Origin: a bacterium
GTDB lineage: Bacteria; Bacteroidota; Bacteroidia; Bacteroidales; FEN-979
Assembly (NCBI GenBank): GCA_043806735.1
Contig: JAZDGR010000105.1
Span: 3,294-67,293, forward strand
Direction of reading: 5' to 3'
DNA: 64,000 nucleotides
Shown: in pieces, positions 40,218-49,619 of the stretch
Numbering within the stretch: position 1 is the stretch's first letter
Layout of the letters: every line of letters starts with the position of its first letter
Translations under genes and position numbers: made by a program
The notes under the pieces: model-generated
What the model saw: only the letters and a program-made list of their open reading frames with translations
Database searches by the model: none
Told to the model about the DNA's origin: nothing

Positions 40218-42661
40218 GCGGTTGCCTTCCATGCCTTGCGAGTTTCAAGGAAAACCAGGAAGAGGATCACGACCAGGAGGGTGATGGAACTGATCAGAGA
40301 GATTTTTTCGCCCAGATAGTAGACGTTGGGTTCAAACGCAAAAACAACGGTATGTTTTCCTGCCGGTAACACCATAGCACGAAGCACGTAATCGGCCCGG
40401 AAATGAGGTGTGAGAGTACTGTCTACATAAGCGTTCCAGCCTTTCGGATAGTAGATCTCGGAGAAAAGGGCCAGCCCGTTTTTCCCCGCCTCATATTGAT
40501 ACTCCAGGCGATTCAGAGTATATGATTTTAATTCAATAAATGAACCTGAGTCGGGTCCGGCTGAGAAAGTGGTGAGGTAATTTTCAAACTGTTTATCCAC
40601 GATGGCGGTATCTGCAGGTTTGAAACGGGTGATAGCCTCCATTTCCTGATCGGCATTATCGACAAGTTTTACGGCTTCTACAAACCAGGCATGCCCAAGG
40701 GCGTCCTGATTGCGTTGGGCGACGGGAACCCTGTCTTCGCCTGAAATGATGACATATTTGGTGTTCAGCATATTCCATACATCCATGTTGTTCTTGCTGA
40801 TCTGGTACTCAATCAATTCCTGGTACCTGCGGAGTTTTGCTCCATGGTATCCTCCGATACTTTTGTGGAACCACGAGGTACTTGCGTCGTTAAAGGCATC
40901 GACGGATAAATTCAATACGCGGAAATCGGGATCAGGATCTTTCAATATTTCCTCATCAGCCGGTGAGGCAACGAACGGTTTTTCGACTTTCGACTTTGTG
41001 GTAAAATTTTCATTGTTGAGGTATCTTTTGTTTATTACGAACATGTCTATAAGGATCAATGCGCTGAGGATAATATAAACGTACGTTTTTCTCAGCTTAC
41101 TATAGAGCAACGCCCAAAGCAGACCTGCGGACAGGACAATGAAAATGAGGGAACGCAATGCATCCATTCGGACCAGCCTTGCCCGTTCATCCCGGATAGC
41201 CTGCATCAACCAGTCAGGGAATTTATAGCTCTCCTCAATCAAGGTATCTTTTGGACCCGTAAAGGAAAGAAACATCCCGGAGAAGAGCACGAATAACAAT
41301 GCCAATCCGCCTGAGATTCCCAATGCAATCTGTATTGCTGTAAATAGTTTTTTCTTGTCCTGCCGATTGTCGAAAAGCTCTTTCAGCGCTAGCATCCCCA
41401 GCAAAGGCATTGTAAATTCAGCGATGACCAGTGTCATTGAAACCGCCCTGAATTTGTTGTATCCCGGGATATATTCCATGAAAAATTCGGTGAGCGTCAT
41501 GAAATTGTGGCCCCATGAAAGCATAATTGACAGTATTGTTGCTGTCAGCAACCACCATTTGATCGGCCCTTTGACTATAATCAATCCTAGGATAAACAGG
41601 AAGAAAACTATGGCCCCGATATAGACGGGGCCAGCGGTACTCGGTTGATCGCCCCAATATAAAAAGGGGAGTGGATAACTTATGAACTGTTTGATTTGAT
41701 TCTGTGAAATATTATTGTTTTTCAATGCTTTGACAACTTCGGAATTTTCGCTGAGTTTTGCGGCAGAGGATCCTCCATAAAAATTGGGGATCAAAAGAGT
41801 CATGGTTTCCCCAACGCCATAACTCCATTGGGTTGCATAGTCTTTATCCAATCCGGATGTTTTGTTTTCCTTATCGTGGGTGAGTTCTGATTTTCCCCGG
41901 ATGGTATATTTTCCATATTCATAGGTTGCCCATAGAGAAGTTATGTTGGTGAATATAGCAAAAAGTGCTACGATCACCAATACACCTACAGATCCAAGGA
42001 AGGAAACAAAACGCTTTTGATAAATTGACGCGATCAGTTCAAAGAGTCCGAGGATCAGAACAAGGATCACCAGATAATAGGTAATCTGAGGATGGTTTGC
42101 TTTGATTTCCAGGGTCAGAAAGATGGCGGTAAGAATACCGCCCCAGATGTATTTTTTCCGGAGGGTCAGGATGATCCCGGCGATTACGGGTGCCATGTAG
42201 GCAATTGCATGGGCTTTGGAGTTATGGCCGGCATCGATGATGACAAAGAAATAGGAGGAAAAGGCAAATGCAATCGCACCGGCAATGGAGAGCCAGGGAT
42301 CCACTTTCATCACCAGCAGAAGGATAAAGAAACCCAGGAAATAGAGAAAGACCAGGTTTGCAGGGTGGGGAAGGCCGAGGCCAAGGATGGTATCCAGGTA
42401 TCCGAAAATATTTCCTTTGTAGATAACTGAAATCTGGTAAGCAGGCATACCGCCAAACATGGAGTTTGTCCAAAGTGGTTCCTTCCCTGTGGCTTTACGG
42501 TAGTCGACGATTTCTTTTGACATACCTTTGAACTGCATGATATCTGATTGCTGGATTCGCTTTCCCTCCAGCAATGGGCTGAAATAGATGACGGTGATGA
42601 GAAGAAAAACAAGCAGAGCTGCCAGATACGGAAGGAGTTTCTTGAAGTCTATTTTTTTCAT
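40214..42661 (-). CDS. YfhO-family polytopic membrane protein (putative glycan/glycolipid glycosyltransferase)
   Basis: 815 aa: multi-TM N-terminal half, large extracytoplasmic C-terminal domain, final TM. N-terminus typical of Bacteroidota YfhO proteins. Confidence 0.6.
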   Translation of the reverse strand: MKKIDFKKLLPYLAALLVFLLITVIYFSPLLEGKRIQQSDIMQFKGMSKEIVDYRKATGKEPLWTNSMFGGMPAYQISVIYKGNIFGYLDTILGLGLPHPANLVFLYFLGFFILLLVMKVDPWLSIAGAIAFAFSSYFFVIIDAGHNSKAHAIAYMAPVIAGIILTLRKKYIWGGILTAIFLTLEIKANHPQITYYLVILVLILGLFELIASIYQKRFVSFLGSVGVLVIVALFAIFTNITSLWATYEYGKYTIRGKSELTHDKENKTSGLDKDYATQWSYGVGETMTLLIPNFYGGSSAAKLSENSEVVKALKNNNISQNQIKQFISYPLPFLYWGDQPSTAGPVYIGAIVFFLFILGLIIVKGPIKWWLLTATILSIMLSWGHNFMTLTEFFMEYIPGYNKFRAVSMTLVIAEFTMPLLGMLALKELFDNRQDKKKLFTAIQIALGISGGLALLFVLFSGMFLSFTGPKDTLIEESYKFPDWLMQAIRDERARLVRMDALRSLIFIVLSAGLLWALLYSKLRKTYVYIILSALILIDMFVINKRYLNNENFTTKSKVEKPFVASPADEEILKDPDPDFRVLNLSVDAFNDASTSWFHKSIGGYHGAKLRRYQELIEYQISKNNMDVWNMLNTKYVIISGEDRVPVAQRNQDALGHAWFVEAVKLVDNADQEMEAITRFKPADTAIVDKQFENYLTTFSAGPDSGSFIELKSYTLNRLEYQYEAGKNGLALFSEIYYPKGWNAYVDSTLTPHFRADYVLRAMVLPAGKHTVVFAFEPNVYYLGEKISLISSITLLVVILFLVFLETRKAWKATA

Positions 42662-42691
42662 GGTACGGTGATTAATCGGTTTGGTGAAAAC

Positions 42692-42725
42692 AAAAAAAGA
42701 AGATCATATTTCAAATCTTCTTTTT
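42692..42725 (-). terminator. Rho-independent terminator after rpmH
   Basis: Stem aaaaagaagat (42694-42704) / atcttcttttt (42715-42725), with a U-run on the minus strand, 23 nt after the rpmH stop. Confidence 0.65.
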
Positions 42726-42747
42726 CTACAAAATTGGGTAAAAAAAA

Positions 42748-42909
42748 TCAATCTTTATCCATTTTTTCGTCTGAAACCGACAATTTCTTTCTTCCTTTTG
42801 CCCTTCTTGTTGCCAATATCTTGCGTCCGTTTGCGCTTGACATGCGCTCACGGAAGCCATGTTTGTTTTTTCTTTTCCTTTTTGAGGGCTGAAATGTAGG
42901 TTGTGCCAT
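42748..42909 (-). CDS. rpmH: 50S ribosomal protein L34
   Basis: Absent from the ORF track (53 aa). Translation: [53 protein letters not shown]. Confidence 0.9.
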   Translation of the reverse strand: MAQPTFQPSKRKRKNKHGFRERMSSANGRKILATRRAKGRKKLSVSDEKMDKD

Positions 42910-42929
42910 AGCATCAAATTTTAGGCCTG

Positions 42930-42937
42930 CAAAGGTA
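42930..42937 (-). promoter_or_regulatory. -7 box (TACCTTTG) with TTTG 19 nt upstream, for rpmH
   Basis: Minus strand reads TTTG-N19-TACCTTTG, 20 nt upstream of the ATG at 42909. Confidence 0.5.
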
Positions 42938-42973
42938 CAAAGAGAAATTTGAAATTCAAACTAAGCGCATCAA

Positions 42974-44434
42974 TTATTTTGTGGGGATATCTTTCAGAGT
43001 TTCCACCAGGAAGTCCCAGAATTTTGAAACGGATGGGATATTGACTTTCTCATCCGGTGAGTGAGGGAAACGGATAGTAGGCCCAAAGGAGATCATGTCC
43101 CAGTCCGGGTAAACGCCTCCGAGGATCCCGCATTCAAGGCCTGCATGGATCGCTTTTATTTCCGGTACTCTGCCAAACTTCTTTTTATAAACATCCTGCA
43201 TGGCTTTCAGAATCCGAGATTCCGGGTTGGGTTTCCATCCCTGGTATTGTCCATCGAAAGTAATGCTAGCTCCAGCCAGTTCGAACACCGACCGGATCAT
43301 TTGTTCCAGGTCAGATTTGGCTGAGTCTACGGAGCTTCTGAGCAGGGATTTGACATTGATTTCCCCGTTTGCAGATTTTACGATGGCAAGGTTAGTAGAG
43401 GTTTCAACCAGTCCGGGCATTTCGTTGCTCATCCGAATGACTCCGTTCGGACAGGCATAGATCGCATTGAAAAGGGTGTGCTGCGTTTTCTCATCGATCA
43501 GGGATGAAGGCATATCAGCGGGATCGGCCAGAATTTTTACATCAGGTTCTACTGATAATAATTCTTTGCGAACTATGTGGGTGAATTCTTCCAGTCCTTT
43601 TAAGAAAACCTGTTTGTTTTTTTCAGGGACTACAACAAGAGCGAAGGATTCTCTTGGGATGGCGTTCCGGAGGCTTCCTCCGTCAATGTTTGCAAGGCGC
43701 AAACCATATAACCTTTCCGAAACCCACATAAGTCTGTTCAGGATTTTGTTGGAATTTCCGCGACCGAGTGGAATATCCAACCCGCTATGGCCACCTTTCA
43801 ATCCTTTGACCGTCAGTTTGAATGCGTTCATCCCTGCCGGAACCGGTATTTCCTGGTAGTTGAATAGGGCGTTTGCATTGGTGCCGCCCGCGCATCCGAT
43901 GTACAGTTCTCCTTCGTCCTCCGAATCCATGTTGAGCAGAATATCCCCAATAAGCAACCCGGCTTTCAGGCCAAAAGCGCCGGTCATTCCTGTCTCTTCG
44001 TCGATGGTAAATAGCGCCTCAACAGGACCGTGCCGGATCGTATCTAATTCAAGAACCGCCATTGCCGCGGCAACTCCGATTCCGTTATCGGCTCCGAGCG
44101 TCGTCCCTTTTGCTTTTATCCACTCGCCGTCGACATAAGGTTCAAGGGGATCTTTTTCAAAGTCGTGAACGGTATCCTCGTTTTTCTGAGGGACCATGTC
44201 AAGATGGGCTTGCAGGATTACACCGTGCCGGTTTTCCATGCCGGATGTGGCTTTTTTGCGAATAATTACGTTGCCAATTTCATCCACCGTTGTATCCAGC
44301 CCGAGTTTATTGCCAAAGGCAACGATGAACTCCCTGACTTTCCCTTCATGTTTAGAGGGGCGTGAGATTTGGGTAAGTTCGTAAAAATTTTTCCAGACTT
44401 CCTTTGGTTGCAGGTTTGTGATTTCGTTACTCAT
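42974..44434 (-). CDS. pepD: Aminoacyl-histidine (Xaa-His) dipeptidase, M20 family
   Basis: 486 aa: ISRPSKHEGKV, QAHLDMVPQK, GADNGIGVA, IDEETGMTGA. Confidence 0.85.
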   Translation of the reverse strand: MSNEITNLQPKEVWKNFYELTQISRPSKHEGKVREFIVAFGNKLGLDTTVDEIGNVIIRKKATSGMENRHGVILQAHLDMVPQKNEDTVHDFEKDPLEPYVDGEWIKAKGTTLGADNGIGVAAAMAVLELDTIRHGPVEALFTIDEETGMTGAFGLKAGLLIGDILLNMDSEDEGELYIGCAGGTNANALFNYQEIPVPAGMNAFKLTVKGLKGGHSGLDIPLGRGNSNKILNRLMWVSERLYGLRLANIDGGSLRNAIPRESFALVVVPEKNKQVFLKGLEEFTHIVRKELLSVEPDVKILADPADMPSSLIDEKTQHTLFNAIYACPNGVIRMSNEMPGLVETSTNLAIVKSANGEINVKSLLRSSVDSAKSDLEQMIRSVFELAGASITFDGQYQGWKPNPESRILKAMQDVYKKKFGRVPEIKAIHAGLECGILGGVYPDWDMISFGPTIRFPHSPDEKVNIPSVSKFWDFLVETLKDIPTK

Positions 44435-44487
44435 AGGAAAGTTATTTAATGGGTTAAATTACTTGCAGGGATAAAGGTAGAAATTTT

Positions 44488-44892
44488 TCAGGAATTCAGT
44501 TGTTTGTCATGTTTTTGAATCTGCTGGAAGGTGATAAATCGTTGCTGATAAAGCATAGTCATGAATTGATTTACCCGTTCCAGGGTTTCTTCCGCGGAAG
44601 TAAGCTTTTCACGGGAGTCTTCATTCAGATGAGCGCTGATTCCTGCCACATTGCGTTTTCCATCGATCAGTAACCAGGTTGCTGACCCGAATGCATCCAG
44701 TTTGATCCGGATAAACTGTTTCCGGTTCAGCGGTTCCATTGCACGTACCAACCATCTGTTTTTAAACCGGGGAAGAAGGATATCCACCTTCCCTTCTTCC
44801 CTAGGTTCACATTCCATCAAACGCACAGGAATGAGTTCAAGTGCACTGGTTTTCTTTAGAATTTTCCTTCGTTTAAAGAAGCTGACTTCCAT
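44488..44892 (-). CDS. PqqD-like (RRE-type winged-helix) small protein
   Basis: Internal Met directly after the OPT stop. The C-terminal half (LDAFGSATWLLIDGKRNVAGISAHL...ETLERVNQFMTMLYQQRFITF) matches the PqqD pattern. Confidence 0.5.
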   Translation of the reverse strand: MEVSFFKRRKILKKTSALELIPVRLMECEPREEGKVDILLPRFKNRWLVRAMEPLNRKQFIRIKLDAFGSATWLLIDGKRNVAGISAHLNEDSREKLTSAEETLERVNQFMTMLYQQRFITFQQIQKHDKQLNS

Positions 44893-44893
44893 C

Positions 44894-46969
44894 TTACATC
44901 CCGGATGCCGGTGGTGCAGGTTGATCAGGTTTGCCGGCATTTTTCAGCGGGACCTGGATCATCACGAATGCGATGATCGCTATGATTACGAAACTGATAT
45001 AGAATCCAGGGCTCTTGAAGAAGGAAAAGTAATCGTAAATAAATATCTCAAAAACTGCCAGGATCGCAATTACCAGCCCCATCAGCGCTTCTCCGGCAAT
45101 CAACCCGGATGCAATCAGAACTCCTGTATTTTCAACTCTTATTTTTTGTAGCGCATTGTATTTTCTCTTCTCGGTAAACCAATCAACAATGCCTTTAAAA
45201 ATGCCTCCCACGAAGATGGCAAAGGTGGTTTCGATGGGAAGGTACATCCCGACAGAGACCAGCATGGGGCTTTTTACCTGCATCAGGATAAAGGCCACGC
45301 CCATTAACATTCCGGCAATGATCAATGGCCAGGCCATTGCCCCTTCAACAATTCCACGGGAGAGGATTGCCATCAGACTGGCCTGCGGAGCAGAGAGGTT
45401 TTTACTGCCGAATCCGCCCTGGTAACCCAGATTATTCCCGCTGGAGATATCTCCCTCGTGGAGATATGCCAGAACGACAAACATAACGGCGCCGGCAAAG
45501 ATCACCCCGATGATATCGCCGATCTGCATCCTCCAGGGAGTCCCTCCCAGGATATGCCCGGCTTTCAGGTCCTGAAGCATCTCTCCGGCCACTGCGGCGG
45601 CTACACAAACGATTGCTGCCACACCCAAAACTGCAGCCACACCGGCCTCTCCCTGGACTCCCAGTCCGACCAGGATCAGGGCTGTGACGACAAGGGCAGT
45701 CAGGGTCAAGCCGCTGATCGGATTATTGCTGGATCCCATAATTCCCACGAGGTAGCCTGACACAGCTGAAAAAAAGAATGCCAGGATGATCATAAGGGTG
45801 GCGGCAACTACGGCGATCAGGATGTTTGTCTGGAAGATGAAATAAGTTATGGCAAATGTGAGGATTGCGACGACAGCGATCCCGGTCAGGACGATACCGA
45901 AACTCAGGTCTTTTTCCGTACGGATGGCTCCGGATTCAATGCCGGCAGCGGCCTTTTTTACATCAGACACGGAACGTCCGATGCCTGTAATGAGACTTTT
46001 TCTCATCCGGAAAAGGGTATATCCTGCACTAACCAGCATGCCTCCGATGGCAATCGGTTTCACAATAAATCTCCACACGGATGTAATCTGAAAAGAGGGA
46101 TTTGACACCCTTTCCATCGCTGTATCCATAGAAAGTGTAAGGTCATTGGTCATCAGGGAAACGGCCCAGGCATGCAGATCAAGACTGGGAAGAATAAAAT
46201 AAAGGATCATAGGCGCCATCAACCCCCAGGCAAGCAATCCTCCACTAAAGTTTAGAGCGCCCAGTTTAGGGCCAATGATATACCCTACACCCATATAGGC
46301 AGGGCTGACTCCGGGAGAGCTCAGGAGCATCCCGCCTTTACCTGTAAACGTACTTCCGGCAATGGTCTGCTGACTGAATGTCACAAATTTTTCCCAGAGG
46401 TACTGGAAAAGCCTTACTTCGCCAAGAATTTTGATCAATCCTCCCAACCCCATGGCCCAAAAAAGAAACCTGGATCCCCCTGAACCCACTTGTCCGGCTT
46501 TGTGAATCTCAGCGGCAGCCAAGGATTCGGGAAACGGAAGATCGGCATCTTCCACCATTACCCTGCGCAGTAAAGCCACAAACATGATCCCCAGGATGCC
46601 CCCCGCAATTAGGATCAGGGAGGAGGTGATGTAGTGGCCGGTTGTGAAGAAATCGGGCCAGATCCCGGCAATAAAGAATGCCGGTAGGGTAAATATTGCA
46701 CCGGCCGCGACCGATTCTCCAATGGAACCCACGGTTCTTGTAAAGTTTTCTTCGAGGATGGTTCCCCGGAGGATTCTTAAAATTGCCATCCCAAGCACAG
46801 CAGCCGGATAGGTAGCTGCGATGGTCATACCGGCTTTCAGGCCCAGGTAAGCATTGGCTGCCCCCAGGATCACGGCGAAGAAAATCCCAATGATCAGAGC
46901 GCGAATGGTGAATTCGCTCATCTTTGTTTCAGGGGAGATGAATGGAACAAACTTTTTTGGCTCGGACAT
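44894..46969 (-). CDS. OPT-family oligopeptide transporter
   Basis: 691 aa, about 16 TM. N-terminal EFTIRALIIGIFFAVILGAANAYLGLKAGMTI is typical of bacterial OPT proteins. Confidence 0.85.
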   Translation of the reverse strand: MSEPKKFVPFISPETKMSEFTIRALIIGIFFAVILGAANAYLGLKAGMTIAATYPAAVLGMAILRILRGTILEENFTRTVGSIGESVAAGAIFTLPAFFIAGIWPDFFTTGHYITSSLILIAGGILGIMFVALLRRVMVEDADLPFPESLAAAEIHKAGQVGSGGSRFLFWAMGLGGLIKILGEVRLFQYLWEKFVTFSQQTIAGSTFTGKGGMLLSSPGVSPAYMGVGYIIGPKLGALNFSGGLLAWGLMAPMILYFILPSLDLHAWAVSLMTNDLTLSMDTAMERVSNPSFQITSVWRFIVKPIAIGGMLVSAGYTLFRMRKSLITGIGRSVSDVKKAAAGIESGAIRTEKDLSFGIVLTGIAVVAILTFAITYFIFQTNILIAVVAATLMIILAFFFSAVSGYLVGIMGSSNNPISGLTLTALVVTALILVGLGVQGEAGVAAVLGVAAIVCVAAAVAGEMLQDLKAGHILGGTPWRMQIGDIIGVIFAGAVMFVVLAYLHEGDISSGNNLGYQGGFGSKNLSAPQASLMAILSRGIVEGAMAWPLIIAGMLMGVAFILMQVKSPMLVSVGMYLPIETTFAIFVGGIFKGIVDWFTEKRKYNALQKIRVENTGVLIASGLIAGEALMGLVIAILAVFEIFIYDYFSFFKSPGFYISFVIIAIIAFVMIQVPLKNAGKPDQPAPPASGM

Positions 46970-47050
46970 AGTGTTTGATTTTTAGTTGTTGATCCAATGA
47001 TAATGTACGGCTAAATAACGAAAAATAGTAACTCATTCGGCTGTTCTTCT

Positions 47051-47629
47051 TCAGGATTTTCTTATGTGAATCAGTTTTTTTGTAGAGAAATAGGGTTGCG
47101 TAAAAAAGTGAGACAGTTCAACGATTGAAAAGGCGGTGTCAACTTTTTGCAAAGGGATACTCAGATCTCCTCCACTCAGGTATAAGATTCCGTTGGAGAC
47201 TTCATTGAATCCGGGAGCTCTCAGTTTGTTTTTTACCAATGCAAAGAACTTCCCGGGATCAGACACCGCCCGTCCGGTTACAAAGTCAAAGGATCTGTTG
47301 AGCGACTCAACCCGTGCACAAATTGGTTCTACATTATTCAATTTCAGGGAGTTTGCTATTTCAGAAACCACCCGGATCTTTTTTGCGATAGAATCAACAA
47401 GTGAAAATTGGACATCCGGAAAGAACAGAGCCAGAGGCATTCCCGGGAAACCACCTCCCGTTCCGGCATCCAGGATCCGGGTATTTGGCCGGAACCGAAC
47501 GAACTTTGCAATGGAAAGGGAATGCAGTATGTGATGGGTATAGATTTGATCAATGTCTTTCCGTGAAATTACATTGATCTTTTCATTCCATGAGCGGTAA
47601 AGTTCGCCCATAGCAGAGTATTGTTCCAA
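47051..47629 (-). CDS. rsmG: 16S rRNA (guanine527-N7)-methyltransferase; start unresolved
   Basis: WNEKINVISRKDI, ILDAGTGGGFPG. The track start at 47629 is TTG. The conserved N-terminal peptide IQHYFPELSVKQ is encoded in frame upstream (47630-47665) with no ATG/GTG/TTG. Confidence 0.85.
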   Translation of the reverse strand: MEQYSAMGELYRSWNEKINVISRKDIDQIYTHHILHSLSIAKFVRFRPNTRILDAGTGGGFPGMPLALFFPDVQFSLVDSIAKKIRVVSEIANSLKLNNVEPICARVESLNRSFDFVTGRAVSDPGKFFALVKNKLRAPGFNEVSNGILYLSGGDLSIPLQKVDTAFSIVELSHFFTQPYFSTKKLIHIRKS

Positions 47630-47687
47630 CTGCTTGACTGAGAGTTCCGGAAAATAGTGCTGGATGACGGAGGTCGGTGAAGAAGTA

Positions 47688-48020
47688 TTATTCAGATTTT
47701 TCTTCTTTCTTTTTGGTTTTTGGCGTTTTGGGTTTTGCTTCCGAGGCCGTTGTTTTTTTTGCAGCAGGTTTTTTTGCAGGCGCTTTTTTTGCAGGCGCTT
47801 TTTTTACAGCTTTTTCCACTTTCTTTTCCGTGGTTTTTGTTTCAACCACGGGAAGCGTCGTTTCAACTATCTCTTCAACTTTCTTCTTTTCCGGTTTCAC
47901 TTCTATCTTAGGTTTCTCAACAATGACTGGAACAGCCTTCTTATTCTTTCTCGGGCGGGTCACCCCATAGCTTTTCATAATAATTTTCCCTCGCCGTGTC
48001 TTTTTATCTCCTTTTCCCAT
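47688..48020 (-). CDS. 30S ribosomal protein THX fused to an ~80-aa Lys/Ala/Pro/Glu-rich tail
   Basis: N-terminus MGKGDKKTRRGKIIMKSYGVTRPRKNKK matches THX. The tail contains ...KKAPAKKAPAKKPAAKK... and ends at 47688. Confidence 0.7.
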   Translation of the reverse strand: MGKGDKKTRRGKIIMKSYGVTRPRKNKKAVPVIVEKPKIEVKPEKKKVEEIVETTLPVVETKTTEKKVEKAVKKAPAKKAPAKKPAAKKTTASEAKPKTPKTKKKEEKSE

Positions 48021-48061
48021 AGTAAAGTATTTGATGGTATTGTGTAAAGAATTATTTGGGG

Positions 48062-48069
48062 CAAAAGTA
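48062..48069 (-). promoter_or_regulatory. -7 box (TACTTTTG) for the THX gene
   Basis: 41 nt upstream of the ATG at 48020. Confidence 0.4.
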
Positions 48070-48077
48070 ATAAAAAT

Positions 48078-48788
48078 TTATTGTTTGCTAAGAAAGTAGC
48101 TGATAAGAAGACCCGACTTCTTTACCGTCGCAGATGCCCATCTCAGCAGAACTTCAGTTTGCTCTTCTTCACTTAGTTGCCAGTGGAGATCAGACCGGTG
48201 AAGCCGGTTTGTGAGGGCATGCAGGAAGATTGCAGCAGAGACACTGATGTTCAGACTCTCCGTGAAGCCAAACATCGGGATTTTTATGAACCTGTCAGCC
48301 ATTCCGAGCGCTTCTTCCGTCAACCCTTCCTTTTCGGTCCCAAACAGGAGTGCGAACTTCTGATCAAGCGGGAACGTCGCGGGAGTAAAATCATCTTTGT
48401 GAGGACTGGTAGCTACGATGCAATACTCGTTTTCTTTCAGGTGAGTCAGGCAAGTTGCCGTATTGTGGGCGGATGACCCGTATTTGAGCAGGTTAAGCCA
48501 TTTGACCGATCCCAGGGCCACATTGGGATTGACCTCATACCTGTACCGGTTCTCAATGATATGCACATCCTGTATTCCGAAGCAATCGCAGGAGCGAAGA
48601 ACGGCGCTGGCATTATGGGGCTGGAAAATATCCTCCAGAACAACAGTGATATATCGGGTGCGGCTTGGGAGAATCTCCTGGAACTTTTTCTGTTTATTCT
48701 CAGATACAAAAGTGAGGAGGTAAGCCAGCAGTCTTCTCTTATCCGCAAGGGGAAGATTTTCGGGAAAGGACATGGCTATCTTTTTCAT
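48078..48788 (-). CDS. SpoU/TrmH-family RNA 2'-O-methyltransferase
   Basis: ITVVLEDIFQPHNASAVLRSCDCFG, LLFGTEKEGL, IPMFGFTESLNISVSAAI. Confidence 0.8.
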   Translation of the reverse strand: MKKIAMSFPENLPLADKRRLLAYLLTFVSENKQKKFQEILPSRTRYITVVLEDIFQPHNASAVLRSCDCFGIQDVHIIENRYRYEVNPNVALGSVKWLNLLKYGSSAHNTATCLTHLKENEYCIVATSPHKDDFTPATFPLDQKFALLFGTEKEGLTEEALGMADRFIKIPMFGFTESLNISVSAAIFLHALTNRLHRSDLHWQLSEEEQTEVLLRWASATVKKSGLLISYFLSKQ

Positions 48789-48884
48789 TATGAGCGGTAA
48801 AAGTAAAAAAAATGAGAACTGTTAAATTCTTTAAAAGAAAAAATTTAATTTTGCACTTCCAAAATTCAAGCAAAAACAACAAAT

Positions 48885-49583
48885 ATGACCGCAAAAAAGG
48901 TGGATACTGCCAAGACAGAAGAGCGCATTCACTCCGTTGAGGAGGCTTTAAGTAAGACTGAAGCGTTTATTGAGAAGAACCAGAAGATCATCCTAATTGT
49001 GGTCGGAGTGCTTATTGTCGGAGTGCTGGGTTACTTTGGTTTCCGGAAATATTACCTGGAACCGAAAGAAAAGGAAGCCCAGGAGCAGATGTTTATGGCA
49101 GAGATGTACTTTGAGCAGGATTCACTGTCAAAAGCGCTGAACGGAGACGGAAACTACCTGGGTTTTTTGGATATTATTGATCAATACGGATTGACAAAAT
49201 CTGCAAATCTGGCAAAATATTATACCGGGATCAGCTATCTGAAACTTGGTGATTTTGAGAATGCCATTACCTACCTAAAGAAATTTGACGGAGATGACAA
49301 AGTAGCTGGACCCATGGCAACCGGGGCGATTGGAGATGCGTATATGGAACTTGACCAGGTTGATGAAGCCATTGGTTATTACCTTGATGCCGCAGATCAA
49401 AGCAATAACGAAGTTACAGCACCTTTGTTTCTTATGAAGGCAGGCATGGCATACGATATCCAGGGAAATTTCAAGAAGGCGCTGGAACTGTACAAAAGGG
49501 TCAAAGCAGAATACCCCAGGTCATTTGAAGCGACCGAGATTGATAAATATATCAGTTACATGGAAGGGAAAACGGGAGAATAA
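48885..49583 (+). CDS. Membrane-anchored TPR protein (YfgM-like)
   Basis: TM IILIVVGVLIVGVLGYFGF, then TPR-like helices (AKYYTGISYLKLGDFENAITYL...). Confidence 0.5.
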   Translation: MTAKKVDTAKTEERIHSVEEALSKTEAFIEKNQKIILIVVGVLIVGVLGYFGFRKYYLEPKEKEAQEQMFMAEMYFEQDSLSKALNGDGNYLGFLDIIDQYGLTKSANLAKYYTGISYLKLGDFENAITYLKKFDGDDKVAGPMATGAIGDAYMELDQVDEAIGYYLDAADQSNNEVTAPLFLMKAGMAYDIQGNFKKALELYKRVKAEYPRSFEATEIDKYISYMEGKTGE

Positions 49584-49619
49584 TTCAATGTTCTCAGGTT
49601 TTTCGATTACTTTGTTGGG

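Noticed and set aside
47664-48047. Phe/Arg-rich plus-strand ORFs (47664..48047, 47677..47970, 47720..47911).
   Set aside because: They are the antisense of the Lys-rich THX tail (AAA/AAG read as TTT/CTT) and are not genuine genes.
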